Shown: in pieces, positions 47,143 through 55,470 of the stretch
How positions within the stretch are numbered: the first letter of the stretch is position 1
Layout: the number at the start of each line of letters is the position of its first letter
IMG/VR virus record: IMGVR_UViG_3300045988_051354
Location: 35,058 to 99,057 of that record
Source of the DNA: a virus
Length of the DNA: 64,000 nucleotides
Reading direction: 5' to 3' (one strand)
Made by a program: the position numbers and the translations under genes
Notes under the pieces: model-generated
Seen by the model: the letters and a program-made list of their open reading frames with translations, nothing else
The model's database searches: none
What the model was told of the DNA's origin: nothing

Positions 47143-47200
47143 TTAAAAATTTCTAACTGTTTATCTAACCGTTGCATTAAGCCAACTCTGCCACCCTTCC
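47143..47200 (-). tRNA. tRNA 5'-fragment-like element (Ser-like acceptor + 3-bp D-stem, long D-loop + anticodon-arm-like hairpin)
   Basis: GGAAGGG-TG-GCA-GAGTTGGCTTAA-TGC-A-ACGGT-TAGATAA-ACAGT resembles a tRNA-Ser 5' portion. The acceptor is complementary to TCCTTCC of the orphan 3' half at 46593. Confidence 0.3.
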
Positions 47201-47324
47201 ATTAATAAGAGAGCATCTATCTTTCGATTACATACTCAATGACACTCTCCGAATTACTCCGGTCCTCGACAGTAGACCTTTACTGTTTAGCTAAAGCTGT
47301 CGACACTTTAGGTTATCAGTTTCG

Positions 47325-47399
47325 CACGCCCTGCACGACTCGAACATGCAACACACCCAGTTTTGGAGACAGGGGCTCTACCGATTGAGCTAAGGACGC
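47325..47399 (-). tRNA. tRNA-Trp(CCA)
   Basis: GCGTCCT-TA-GCTC-AATCGGTA-GAGC-C-CCTGT-CTCCAAA-ACTGG-[7-nt variable]-GCATG-TTCGAGT-CGTGC-AGGGCGT-G. Confidence 0.65.
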
Positions 47400-47661
47400 A
47401 TTTTAGTTACCAATCCTGAATGATTGTAAGGAACATTACTATAAAACCCGCTGTACCTACAGCAACTCTGCCATCTTCATTTAGTGGAGAATACACTGCT
47501 ATTAGAATTAATACAAATCCTAATAATAGTTGTAATATAAACTTAACATTTCTCATAATCACGCATCTCCAGAATTAGCAATCCACATGATGTATATAAT
47601 CATAATCACACCTACGACAAATTCTGTTAACATAATCAAATACATTTAAAATTAAACATTG

Positions 47662-47733
47662 CGGCGAGTGCAGGATTCGAACCTGCGACCAATTGGTTAA
47701 CGGCCAACTGCTCTACCACTGAGCTAACTCGCC
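47662..47733 (-). tRNA. tRNA-Asn(GUU)
   Basis: GGCGAGTTAGCTCAGTGGTAGAGCAGTTGGCCGTTAACCAATTGGTCGCAGGTTCGAATCCTGCACTCGCCG. Confidence 0.8.
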
Positions 47734-47742
47734 ATTTAAATA

Positions 47743-47940
47743 CTAAACACCATCTAGCATTATTAAGAAACCTATAATGGCTATCATAGAACCAATTATG
47801 ATTGGAACTCCTATAATATCTCCTAAGTTTACTAGTATTGGCAACAATAGAATCATGCATCCAATTAGAAACATGATAAGTCCTTTAATAAATCTGTGTG
47901 TCATAAAATCTATATATTTCCTACTGACAGGCGGCAGCAT
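47743..47940 (-). CDS. hypothetical small membrane protein
   Basis: 65 aa, two TM helices. The overlapping tracked ORFs are probably spurious. Confidence 0.35.
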   Translation of the reverse strand: MLPPVSRKYIDFMTHRFIKGLIMFLIGCMILLLPILVNLGDIIGVPIIIGSMIAIIGFLIMLDGV

Positions 47941-48160
47941 GATTATCCATGCGGAATTATCATGCCTGTGGGAGTCATTACATAAGTCTTAGAGACTTGA
48001 ATGAAATACCACTTAACTGCTTTCTTAATTAACTTAAATAGTTTCATAATAACTCAGTTTTAGTCAGTAAATTAATAATCTAAAAGGAAACCACTCTATC
48101 TTCACAGACCGAGTGGTCGAATACAATTTGCACTTCAAGTTGCTTAATTAAAGCATTCCT

Positions 48161-48232
48161 AGTGACTCCGCAGGGACTTGAACCCTGTTCTATAGATTAA
48201 AAGTCTATAGCATATCCATACATGCTCCGGAG
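48161..48232 (-). tRNA. tRNA-Lys(UUU)
   Basis: GACTCCG-GA-GCAT..ATGC-T-ATAGA-CTTTTAA-TCTAT-AGAA-CAGGG-TTCAAGT-CCCTG-CGGAGTC-A. Confidence 0.8.
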
Positions 48233-48237
48233 TCATC

Positions 48238-48307
48238 CTACAGAAGACAGAATTAAATCACACGAATAAATTGGCGGTTGCCAAGTCATGAAGTGCTGAC
48301 GTCTTCT
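48238..48307 (-). promoter_or_regulatory. conserved inverted-repeat element immediately upstream of tRNA-Lys
   Basis: acagaagac-[52 nt]-gctgacgtcttctta. Confidence 0.45.
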
Positions 48308-48325
48308 TATATTTCACTAAATCGA

Positions 48326-48399
48326 AGAGTGGGCGCTCGGATTCGAACCGAGGAATACAGATTTTGCAGACCTGCCTATTAAGCCACTCTAGCACGCCC
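48326..48399 (-). tRNA. tRNA-Cys(GCA)
   Basis: Acceptor GTGGGCG/CGCCCAC. Anticodon stem CAGGT/ATCTG with loop CTGCAAA. T-arm CTCGG-TTCGAAT-CCGAG. Confidence 0.7.
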
Positions 48400-48499
48400 A
48401 CATGTCAATGGACTAATGTGAGGCGAAAGTGAAACGGTTTAATCATTAAGGTCTTAATGATTGGATCTAGTGAAACTAAATAAACATACAAATAAATCG

Positions 48500-48573
48500 T
48501 CTGGGTAGCCGGGTACGATCCGACACTCTCTAGCTCCCAAAGCTAGCGGATTAACCTATTCTCCTATACCCAG
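48500..48573 (-). tRNA. tRNA-Pro(UGG) with atypical T-loop ATCGTAC
   Basis: Acceptor CTGGGTA/TACCCAG. Anticodon stem CTAGC/GCTAG with loop TTTGGGA. T-stem GTCGG/CCGGC. Confidence 0.55.
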
Positions 48574-48578
48574 AGTGC

Positions 48579-48622
48579 GGAAGTCTAAATATGCTTGACA
48601 TGGGTTATGCTGTAAGACTTCC
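48579..48622 (-). promoter_or_regulatory. covarying variant of the inverted-repeat element upstream of tRNA-Pro
   Basis: ggaagtct-[28 nt]-gctgtaagacttcc. The arms have changed in a complementary way compared with agaagac/gtcttct. Confidence 0.4.
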
Positions 48623-48643
48623 TATTAATTCGAAATCAAGACG

Positions 48644-48718
48644 TGGGCAAGATAGGACTTGAACCTATGACCCCTACTTTATCAGAGTAGTGCTCTAGAC
48701 CTACTGAGCTACTTGCCC
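48644..48718 (-). tRNA. tRNA-Ile(GAU)
   Basis: GGGCAAGTAGCTCAGTAGGTCTAGAGCACTACTCTGATAAAGTAGGGGTCATAGGTTCAAGTCCTATCTTGCCCA. Confidence 0.8.
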
Positions 48719-48722
48719 ATCC

Positions 48723-48788
48723 ACAGAAGACGCTACCAATACTAATCATATAAGAGGCGTGTGCTGTACGTCTTCTTAAATAAAATAA
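48723..48788 (-). promoter_or_regulatory. conserved inverted-repeat element immediately upstream of tRNA-Ile
   Basis: acagaagac-[48 nt]-gctgtacgtcttctta. Confidence 0.45.
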
Positions 48789-48807
48789 TCATTTATGGAT
48801 TATATGG

Positions 48808-48822
48808 TTGCGGAGATGGGAG
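48808..48822. repeat. 15-nt direct repeat ttgcggagatgggag (copy of the tRNA(CAU) 49535 3' end) flanking the GIY-YIG gene; second copy at 49534..49548
   Basis: Exact 15-mer at both ends of the 48823..49473 cassette. The distal copy lies inside a 9-bp palindrome, AGATGGGAG...CTCCCATCT. Confidence 0.6.
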
Positions 48823-49473
48823 CTATTGTGCATACTCCCATCTATATCCGTATGCTGTCTTAGTCTTGTGCTTAGCTGCATTAGAGATATGGCTTCTAAC
48901 ACCTCCGTTATATGTCTTAGCATAACCATTATCAACACACCAATGTGCTGCGTCAGCCACGCTATTAAACACTTGCACAAGTATATCTTCGTTGTACTGT
49001 TCTATCTTTACTGGAGGTTTACAGGAGCCACAATGTGACTCGCTATTACTGTGGGATCTCTTGATATCCTTCACTACTTTGGACACTGTATCTGGATGAC
49101 ATCCTACTATTTTAGCAGTCTCTTTCATCGAATGTCTAGCAGCGTAGAGCTCACGAATTTCATCATAGTTCCAAATAATAGAACCATCTCCACCGGTAGT
49201 GGCATTATAACCATTACCATAGGTTTTAAATTCATTTATCCAGTAAGTTTCTCTTCCGCTAGATTCCTTTGACGAGCACTCTTCTAGCATTTCTATGCTA
49301 AATGAATCAATTCCATATTTATTCATGGCTCTATACAAAGGTCTATCTTTGCATCTCTCCTTCTTATAATCTCTACAGTGTTCTTTCCATCTCTTACTAA
49401 CGGACGAAGTAGTTTTACCTATATACTTCTTTCCATTTACATGGTTAGTTATGCAGTAAATATAAGACATCAA
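48823..49473 (-). CDS. GIY-YIG homing endonuclease (I-TevI/Seg-like)
   Basis: YIYCITNHVNGKKYIGKT (GIY and YIG), conserved R/E/N, and a C-terminal DNA-binding region. Flanked by a 15-nt direct repeat of a tRNA 3' end. Confidence 0.8.
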   Translation of the reverse strand: MMSYIYCITNHVNGKKYIGKTTSSVSKRWKEHCRDYKKERCKDRPLYRAMNKYGIDSFSIEMLEECSSKESSGRETYWINEFKTYGNGYNATTGGDGSIIWNYDEIRELYAARHSMKETAKIVGCHPDTVSKVVKDIKRSHSNSESHCGSCKPPVKIEQYNEDILVQVFNSVADAAHWCVDNGYAKTYNGGVRSHISNAAKHKTKTAYGYRWEYAQ

Positions 49474-49534
49474 GCTTTAGTCGAATTAGCGTTACCCGAA
49501 TCTCACCACGTGGAGGTTTCGACTATGAGATTCT

Positions 49535-49612
49535 TGCGGAGATGGGAGTCGAACCCAATATAACTAGCTTATGAGACTAGTATGATTTATATATCCGTTT
49601 CATTCCTCCGCA
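49535..49612 (-). tRNA. tRNA(CAU) (third CAU tRNA; extended D-arm)
   Basis: Acceptor TGCGGAG/CTCCGCA. Anticodon stem CTAGT/GCTAG with loop CTCATAA. T-arm TTGGG-TTCGACT-CCCAT. The D-loop is unusually long, at about 13 nt. Confidence 0.5.
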
Positions 49613-49615
49613 AAG

Positions 49616-49687
49616 TGCTCCATACAGGATTCAAACCTGTGACACGTAGGTTTAGGGTCTACTGTTCTATCGCTGAACTAATGGAGC
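49616..49687 (-). tRNA. candidate suppressor tRNA, anticodon CUA (reads UAG), with C33 and an A31-C39 mismatch
   Basis: GCTCCAT-TA-GTTC-AGCGATA-GAAC-A-GTAGA-CCCTAAA-CCTAC-GTGTC-ACAGG-TTTGAAT-CCTGT-ATGGAGC-A. The acceptor, D-arm and T-arm are perfect. The anticodon triplet CUA sits at 34-36 of a 7-nt loop. Confidence 0.5.
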
Positions 49688-49788
49688 GTGTGGCAATGCT
49701 TTTAAGGTGCACCGCCAATTCATCCTACTACTTACTTCTTACCCCCGTAAGACCAGTTGCAACATGCTAACTGCTATGGAGCCTTGTT

Positions 49789-50094
49789 TCAGTAATTTCC
49801 TACTAATTTAAGTTTCTTGAACATACGACCATCATCTTGTAATGCGATTGCTGTTAATTGGTTATTAAGGTCTGGTTCACGGAACATAGAGTAATCCTTA
49901 TTAGTAAGGTCTAATCTAACTCTCCATTTATCCAAGTCAGCATATAAGTAGATTAAGTAGTTATTGTTCCAATTCTGATTAGGGTGTTCCAATAACCACT
50001 GTGCTACTGCATGACCACCTTGTACACAACCATAAACTACATCAAGCTTCTGGTCTATCAGCACATACAGTCTCTTCATCAGAATATGCATCAA
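49789..50094 (-). CDS. hypothetical protein
   Basis: 101 aa. Confidence 0.4.
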   Translation of the reverse strand: MMHILMKRLYVLIDQKLDVVYGCVQGGHAVAQWLLEHPNQNWNNNYLIYLYADLDKWRVRLDLTNKDYSMFREPDLNNQLTAIALQDDGRMFKKLKLVGNY

Positions 50095-50389
50095 TTAGTG
50101 AATCAACTCTACTCACAAAGTATTTCCATGTTTCCTTTGAGTAATCTCCACCGGAGCAACCGTACCAGCCGTTGAATTTTAATTTCTTCCAAGAATCTAA
50201 TACTTGCTTGTAATAAGCTTCTTGCGCATCCCCAACCAGTTTATGTTTTAGAATGTAATAAGCTACATACATTGCATGTAATAAACCTCTGTTACGATAT
50301 ACTTCTGATTGATGATTAATTCTTTTAGCGACCTTCTGTGCTTTTACTAATTCGCTAATTTCTCTTTTAAAATCGTTAATTGTTGCCAT
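50042..50389 (-). CDS. hypothetical protein
   Basis: 115 aa. Confidence 0.45.
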   Translation of the reverse strand: MATINDFKREISELVKAQKVAKRINHQSEVYRNRGLLHAMYVAYYILKHKLVGDAQEAYYKQVLDSWKKLKFNGWYGCSGGDYSKETWKYFVSRVDSLIDAYSDEETVCADRPEA

Positions 50390-50478
50390 AATAATTAGTT
50401 GTTAATAAGTTAATAAAATTGTAATTTCTAAATAACAGACTAACTGTTATGGTGGTTTGTAAGAAATCTACCGCATAA

Positions 50479-50763
50479 TCATTTCCTTTTAAATTGTTTG
50501 CACATGTTAATAAACTCATCTTCCGATTCGCATATAATCGGATTTATTTCCTTAATAAAATCCTCCTGATAAGCTTCTTTGGACAAATCATCTATCCCAT
50601 CAGGGTAAACACCATGCACGTCATAAGCCATATTGGATTCCCAACAACAGAGCCAATCAGCTTCTTTAAACGATGAACATATACATACACTTATTCCAGA
50701 TTGCTCTAACCTTTGTCTAAGTTCTGGAGTATTACTTTTAATAATACAGCATTTACTCATCAC
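50479..50763 (-). CDS. hypothetical Cys-rich protein
   Basis: 94 aa. Confidence 0.4.
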   Translation of the reverse strand: MMSKCCIIKSNTPELRQRLEQSGISVCICSSFKEADWLCCWESNMAYDVHGVYPDGIDDLSKEAYQEDFIKEINPIICESEDEFINMCKQFKRK

Positions 50764-51137
50764 TCACTTTCACTGACGAATGGAGTCCAACTAAGACTAA
50801 GTGACTCTACTGTGTTATCGTCACTAATGGCAGTAGCTCTAGCAGTAAAACCTCCATGACCGACATTATATGCAAATACATCAGAAGTGTCATCTAAATG
50901 TTTATAAAATTCCGGATCAAGTAATGTGTCAATAACCCTCTCTGCTGTCTCTCTCAACAATTTAGCAGTCAGGAATTTACCATTCCATGATACTGAAGCT
51001 GCTATAGGCGAGGAGGCCAACTTATGGAAATCACAAGGCTGATTGACATCTATGTATAGATTATATATTTCCAATATCCTCTCGAAATCCATACCGTCTA
51101 AACATTCATTTTTAATCTTTTCACTTACACTGTTCAT
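50760..51137 (-). CDS. hypothetical protein
   Basis: 125 aa. Confidence 0.45.
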   Translation of the reverse strand: MNSVSEKIKNECLDGMDFERILEIYNLYIDVNQPCDFHKLASSPIAASVSWNGKFLTAKLLRETAERVIDTLLDPEFYKHLDDTSDVFAYNVGHGGFTARATAISDDNTVESLSLSWTPFVSESE

Positions 51138-51158
51138 AATACTTCAAATTTAAAACGA

Positions 51159-51230
51159 GAGCGGGATAACAGAATCGAACTGTCATCTTCAGCTTGGAAG
51201 GCTGTTATAATAACCATTATACGAATCCCG
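51159..51230 (-). tRNA. tRNA-Gly(UCC)
   Basis: Acceptor GCGGGAT/ATCCCGC. Anticodon stem CAGC/GCTG with loop CTTCCAA. T-arm GACAG-TTCGATT-CTGTT. Confidence 0.7.
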
Positions 51231-51319
51231 CAGTTTACTTCTACTATTCTCACGAACCATAGAAGGGTTTGCTGAGCGAATGCTCAACAGATGTTGTATT
51301 TAATTATCGCAGTGTGGGG

Positions 51320-51403
51320 TGGGCCCGGGAGGACTCGAACCTCCAGTCCAATTAAGGAGTAGATTTACAGTCTACGCGGCTACCAATTACCGGTTACGTG
51401 CCC
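51320..51403 (-). tRNA. tRNA-Tyr(GUA), class II
   Basis: Anticodon stem GTAGA/TCTAC with loop CTGTAAA. Long variable arm. T-arm GGAGG-TTCGAGT-CCTCC. Acceptor GGGCACG/CGGGCCC has one A-G mismatch. Confidence 0.6.
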
Positions 51404-51651
51404 AAATCACACAATCCATATTAACTGATGAATTGTGAGTGCAAAGATAAGTAATCCTTCTCACATATAAAAGTTAATATGTATTAAATACAACATGGGG
51501 AAATTTAATTGGATATAGACTTACTATCTTCACAGACTGTAAGCCTTTATGACCATTTCCAATAGTTGCTGTTTTAAGTAGTAATGGCAATGACACAGAT
51601 GCAACTATCGGAAATTCTTTATGAGTAATTTAAAACTACAGTAATAATAGT

Positions 51652-51719
51652 CAGCTAGGTGGGATTCGAACCCACACCACTTACAAATTATGTAAGTCTT
51701 CTAACTTAAATTACTAGCC
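51652..51719 (-). tRNA. degenerate tRNA-like element (no D-arm; odd anticodon hairpin CTTAC-ATAATTT-GTAAG)
   Basis: Acceptor GGCTAG(T)/CTAGCTG is imperfect. T-arm GTGGG-TTCGAAT-CCCAC is perfect. Probably a pseudogene or a non-canonical tRNA. Confidence 0.3.
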
Positions 51720-51828
51720 TTACCGCTCACAGGCATCATTCAAATAAATCCCATCTAATAGATTAGATATGTAATTAGACTGTCTTTGATTTGTAATGCA
51801 CTTCTAATTACATAAGGAATTTAATCTT

Positions 51829-53547
51829 CTAGCCTTGTTGAGTGGACACAGTGCGCTTATTATAAATTGGCTTCTCAGACTTTGCAGGCTTACTCTGCAC
51901 GCTTGCATTCTTTCTCGGTGTGTCCTTCTCTAACACCATCATATTCAAGAGTTCTTGATTCATCATGTAATCGAACAACTCTTTAGGCGTACTAGGATTC
52001 TGGAATCTCTTCTCTCCGGTTATAAATCCAGCAGTGGACTGACTTAATCCGTTAACAAAGAAACAGTTAGAAACATTGCGAATCAATTCAACTTTAGGCT
52101 TAGTCTGTTTAGAGGCTAAATGCCAAATAATTAATTTAAACTGTTTAACAAACTCTTTGCTAAATCCAGCTTTTAAGAGTTTAGATTTAAATTCAATGAA
52201 TTGTTCACTGGTGTTTCTTAAATGTCCCAATGCTCCGCTAATTACCAAACAGCCATTTGGAAATTCACCTTCCCGAATTCCTCCAGATTTAATAGATATA
52301 AGCATATCTGCAATCATAGACAGAGTTGGACTAGTTACTAAGGCTTCCTCAGTATCTGAAATCCACTTACTAGTAGGAGTTGTACCTTCCCACTTACGTA
52401 AATCACATCTATTGTTGGCAAATACACCATACATGCCAGAGAACGCTACAGGCATTAATTCGGAATGATACATAGCATAAGCCTTACCAACACTATAAGC
52501 AGAAGTTTCAGTAGCTTCTATCTCAGAATAAGCAGAATTACTAATGTCTCTAATTACTAATAGTGGTGATACTTTCTTTAGCTTAGCATTCTTCACGAAT
52601 GTATTAAAACTAACATCTATAGAAGAACCCATGAATTCTGGTACGAACTCTGCAATTTTATCAAGCCCAAATGGCTTAAATAAATTATGCACAAATCCGT
52701 CATTACAGGGCTTTCTACGAGTCTTCAGCCATCTCTGATACTTCTCTGCAAGACCTTGTTGTTTGAGGAATTTAGAGCCTACTAGCAGTGCTAGAGCCTT
52801 TCCTGGAACTGTATCAAAGTCAATGTCGAGTAATTTCTTATGGCTTATTAATTGCTGCCATTTCATAACTGTACCGCTGTTCTTCATCTTTCTATACTTA
52901 CGATAAGATGAATAGTCTCCTTCCTCTTTCGGTTTACCATAAAGGCCTTCAGCTAGATATTTAGCAACTATGTTACGGGCTTTCGCCTCGTCTGTCTTAC
53001 ATATAGTATTAGCTCGAACTCTAGGAAGATACTTCTTTACTAAGTCACATGTTTGCCCTTCTACTAAACCAGCATAAATAGTCTTTCTAAAGAAATCCCA
53101 ATCTAGTCTATGCTTGTATCCATGTAATTGAGCATCCATTACTAACATATTAATAAAGTCCTTCCAGCATCCTGCTGCCGCAAAGTAAGGCATATTGGCA
53201 TGGAATGTAGATTTATGATATGTTGCCAACCACATCATTCTTAATAAACCTTCATTCTTTAGACCACCTCCTCGCTGTGTGTCTAAGTAAATAACTCCAT
53301 TAGGAGTAACTACTCTACATTTACGTGTAATAAGTCTTACATAGGCAGTAAATTTGACACACAGCTTTGGATTGGCCTTCCACAGTTCATACATATCTTG
53401 ACTAACGTCTTCATAAGAACGTGGTTCAAGATAGTGCGCAAGGTTTACGAATTGGTCCACAAATACTTTAGTAGGATTTGTATACCTTCGTCCCCCACCT
53501 TGAGAGGGCTTAGAGCAAGCCTTTTTAGGCCTTTCATTCATTTCCAT
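51829..53547 (-). CDS. hypothetical large protein (572 aa)
   Basis: Long ORF. No family recognised by eye. Confidence 0.6.
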   Translation of the reverse strand: MEMNERPKKACSKPSQGGGRRYTNPTKVFVDQFVNLAHYLEPRSYEDVSQDMYELWKANPKLCVKFTAYVRLITRKCRVVTPNGVIYLDTQRGGGLKNEGLLRMMWLATYHKSTFHANMPYFAAAGCWKDFINMLVMDAQLHGYKHRLDWDFFRKTIYAGLVEGQTCDLVKKYLPRVRANTICKTDEAKARNIVAKYLAEGLYGKPKEEGDYSSYRKYRKMKNSGTVMKWQQLISHKKLLDIDFDTVPGKALALLVGSKFLKQQGLAEKYQRWLKTRRKPCNDGFVHNLFKPFGLDKIAEFVPEFMGSSIDVSFNTFVKNAKLKKVSPLLVIRDISNSAYSEIEATETSAYSVGKAYAMYHSELMPVAFSGMYGVFANNRCDLRKWEGTTPTSKWISDTEEALVTSPTLSMIADMLISIKSGGIREGEFPNGCLVISGALGHLRNTSEQFIEFKSKLLKAGFSKEFVKQFKLIIWHLASKQTKPKVELIRNVSNCFFVNGLSQSTAGFITGEKRFQNPSTPKELFDYMMNQELLNMMVLEKDTPRKNASVQSKPAKSEKPIYNKRTVSTQQG

Positions 53548-53908
53548 CTTGTAAAATTAAATTAGCAGGTTAATCTGAGAGTTCTTTATTCTAATTGATA
53601 AAATGGGACACATAGACATTGAGCCAGCTTAATACAACTCGCTACTTACACACTACATGCCCCATATCAAATGAGGAAAGAGGTTCACTTGATGACCTAT
53701 CTACGTGCTGATTATAACGTAGACCGTGCAGATTCTCTCTCACACAATACTATGATGGACTCAAACCATCTCCACCCCTAGGTGAACTTTCCGTTATTCG
53801 AATAGTACAGGTTTCAACTCTTTATAACGCCTTTAAGTCAAAGTATACTCCGGAATATACTCTTAGTTCATCAGACCAAGTTTGCGCTTAGAATTATCTA
53901 AGATTAAG

Positions 53909-54607
53909 TTACCCTATTAAATATGCAATTTGTAAATCTACGGATGTCCCGTTGTCTTCTAGAGTAACCGTTGTGGATATTGTTTCCAGTTGACCATTAT
54001 TAACGATAGCACTTCTAATCTCATGTGGAGACTCAATGTGCAAATAGCCTTTACCGTCCCAAGCAGGTATATAACCTCCTCTCAAGATATTCTTGGAGGG
54101 AATGCTCTTATAGTAGAAGTCAGCTGTTCTATAATGTGCGAATGATACAGTGATTGGAACATCAGAAAGGTTGCCTATAGTAAAACCTCCCAATACAGTT
54201 GCCAATTTAGTAACCTTCTCAACATAAGAAGTTCTGCCAACTACTTGCAAAGAAATCTTCAAGCCTGGAGCGTAAAACTGCTTAACTCTGGAATTAATAT
54301 CCTTTAGTGTTTGAAGTGATTGCAGTTCTGAGATGTCAATATAATCCTTCTCAGATTCTTCATCGCCAAATACACAAGCTACCGAGATTGGCAGGCTTTC
54401 ATTTATAAAGTCTGTAATCCTAGCAATTGCTTTGGTTGTGATTGGCTCATTTCCCATTCTAATTCTATTCGTAGCATATAAGATATGCGCTACAATATCT
54501 TGTAAGGGAAGTGATTGATTCTCTTTAGCGAAATTGCTGTCCATATCATATAGATACTGACAGATGTGCACCCCAAATTGGGATTGACTACTAATTGTTA
54601 ATTTCAT
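53909..54607 (-). CDS. hypothetical protein
   Basis: 232 aa. Confidence 0.5.
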   Translation of the reverse strand: MKLTISSQSQFGVHICQYLYDMDSNFAKENQSLPLQDIVAHILYATNRIRMGNEPITTKAIARITDFINESLPISVACVFGDEESEKDYIDISELQSLQTLKDINSRVKQFYAPGLKISLQVVGRTSYVEKVTKLATVLGGFTIGNLSDVPITVSFAHYRTADFYYKSIPSKNILRGGYIPAWDGKGYLHIESPHEIRSAIVNNGQLETISTTVTLEDNGTSVDLQIAYLIG

Positions 54608-55404
54608 AAACTTGCTATCTTCATATACATATTAAACCATGCTTCAGTAGTGTCCTTGGGCTCTTCCCAAGTTGCAGCTCTTCTTTTAAGTCTTACTATG
54701 AACTTAGTAAAAGGAATACCAAGTCTTGTACGTGCTTTCATCCAACCAGTACTGTGGTCTCTAGCATATACAGATTGAGTTCCTAATACTTCCGAGATTA
54801 ATGACAATTCATCCATCATAGCCTCTCCTAATTCTAACTGGGTTTCGTTAATTAATAACTTACCGTTAGAGAATGCAGTATTTAAAGATGCTCTTGTCCT
54901 ACCTCCAGAAAGAAGACTTAAGCCAGCTTGTACCATATACTCACCATTACGAATAAATATAGATGGATATTTATCCATAAACTGTTTTAGTATCATATAC
55001 GGTTCTTTCTTCTCATATACATAAGACATAAGTTTGTCATGTGCCTTCCATCTATTCTGAGTATTATTAATGAGACGGGCAGTTTCTAATGCAGATTCGT
55101 CGGCATAGAAGTATACTCTTAACGTAAATGGAATATTCCTTTTAAGACATTCCAAAGCAGCTGCAAGTCTGTGATTACCTTCAGTTACAAACCTGAAAGG
55201 AGTTGATACTAGAATAGGAGGAATATAATCCTTGTTTTGATAAGCTTTTACTAAGTCCTCAACCTTCTTAGGTTTGATTTCTCTGTTTCCGGGTAAGAAC
55301 CTCAAAGCCTCGATAACCTTTCGGTTATCATTAGTAAGAACATAAACGTTCTCTGTGGTAACTCCATTTAGAAGTTTACCAAAATCAATGTTACCTCTTT
55401 CCAT
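54604..55404 (-). CDS. ParB-like nuclease-domain protein
   Basis: ILVSTPFRFVTEGNHRLAAAL matches the ParB N-terminal catalytic core (..dG.HRl.AA..). Confidence 0.55.
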   Translation of the reverse strand: MERGNIDFGKLLNGVTTENVYVLTNDNRKVIEALRFLPGNREIKPKKVEDLVKAYQNKDYIPPILVSTPFRFVTEGNHRLAAALECLKRNIPFTLRVYFYADESALETARLINNTQNRWKAHDKLMSYVYEKKEPYMILKQFMDKYPSIFIRNGEYMVQAGLSLLSGGRTRASLNTAFSNGKLLINETQLELGEAMMDELSLISEVLGTQSVYARDHSTGWMKARTRLGIPFTKFIVRLKRRAATWEEPKDTTEAWFNMYMKIASL

Positions 55405-55431
55405 GTCAAAGTGATTTAATTAGTTAATAAG

Positions 55432-55470
55432 TGGACCATCGCGGACTCGAACCGCGGTCTTCACAACTCT
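55432..55470 (-). tRNA. orphan tRNA 3' fragment (T-arm CGCGG-TTCGAGT-CCGCG + acceptor 3' ATGGTCC-A)
   Basis: No complementary 5' acceptor lies within 100 nt. The nearest candidate is GGGCCAT at 56039, beyond about 600 nt of ORF-free sequence. Confidence 0.35.

Noticed and set aside
47636-47992. Tracked ORFs 47636..47860 (-) and 47777..47992 (+)
   Set aside because: They overlap tRNA-Asn and each other. The only plausible product is the small two-TM ORF 47743..47940.
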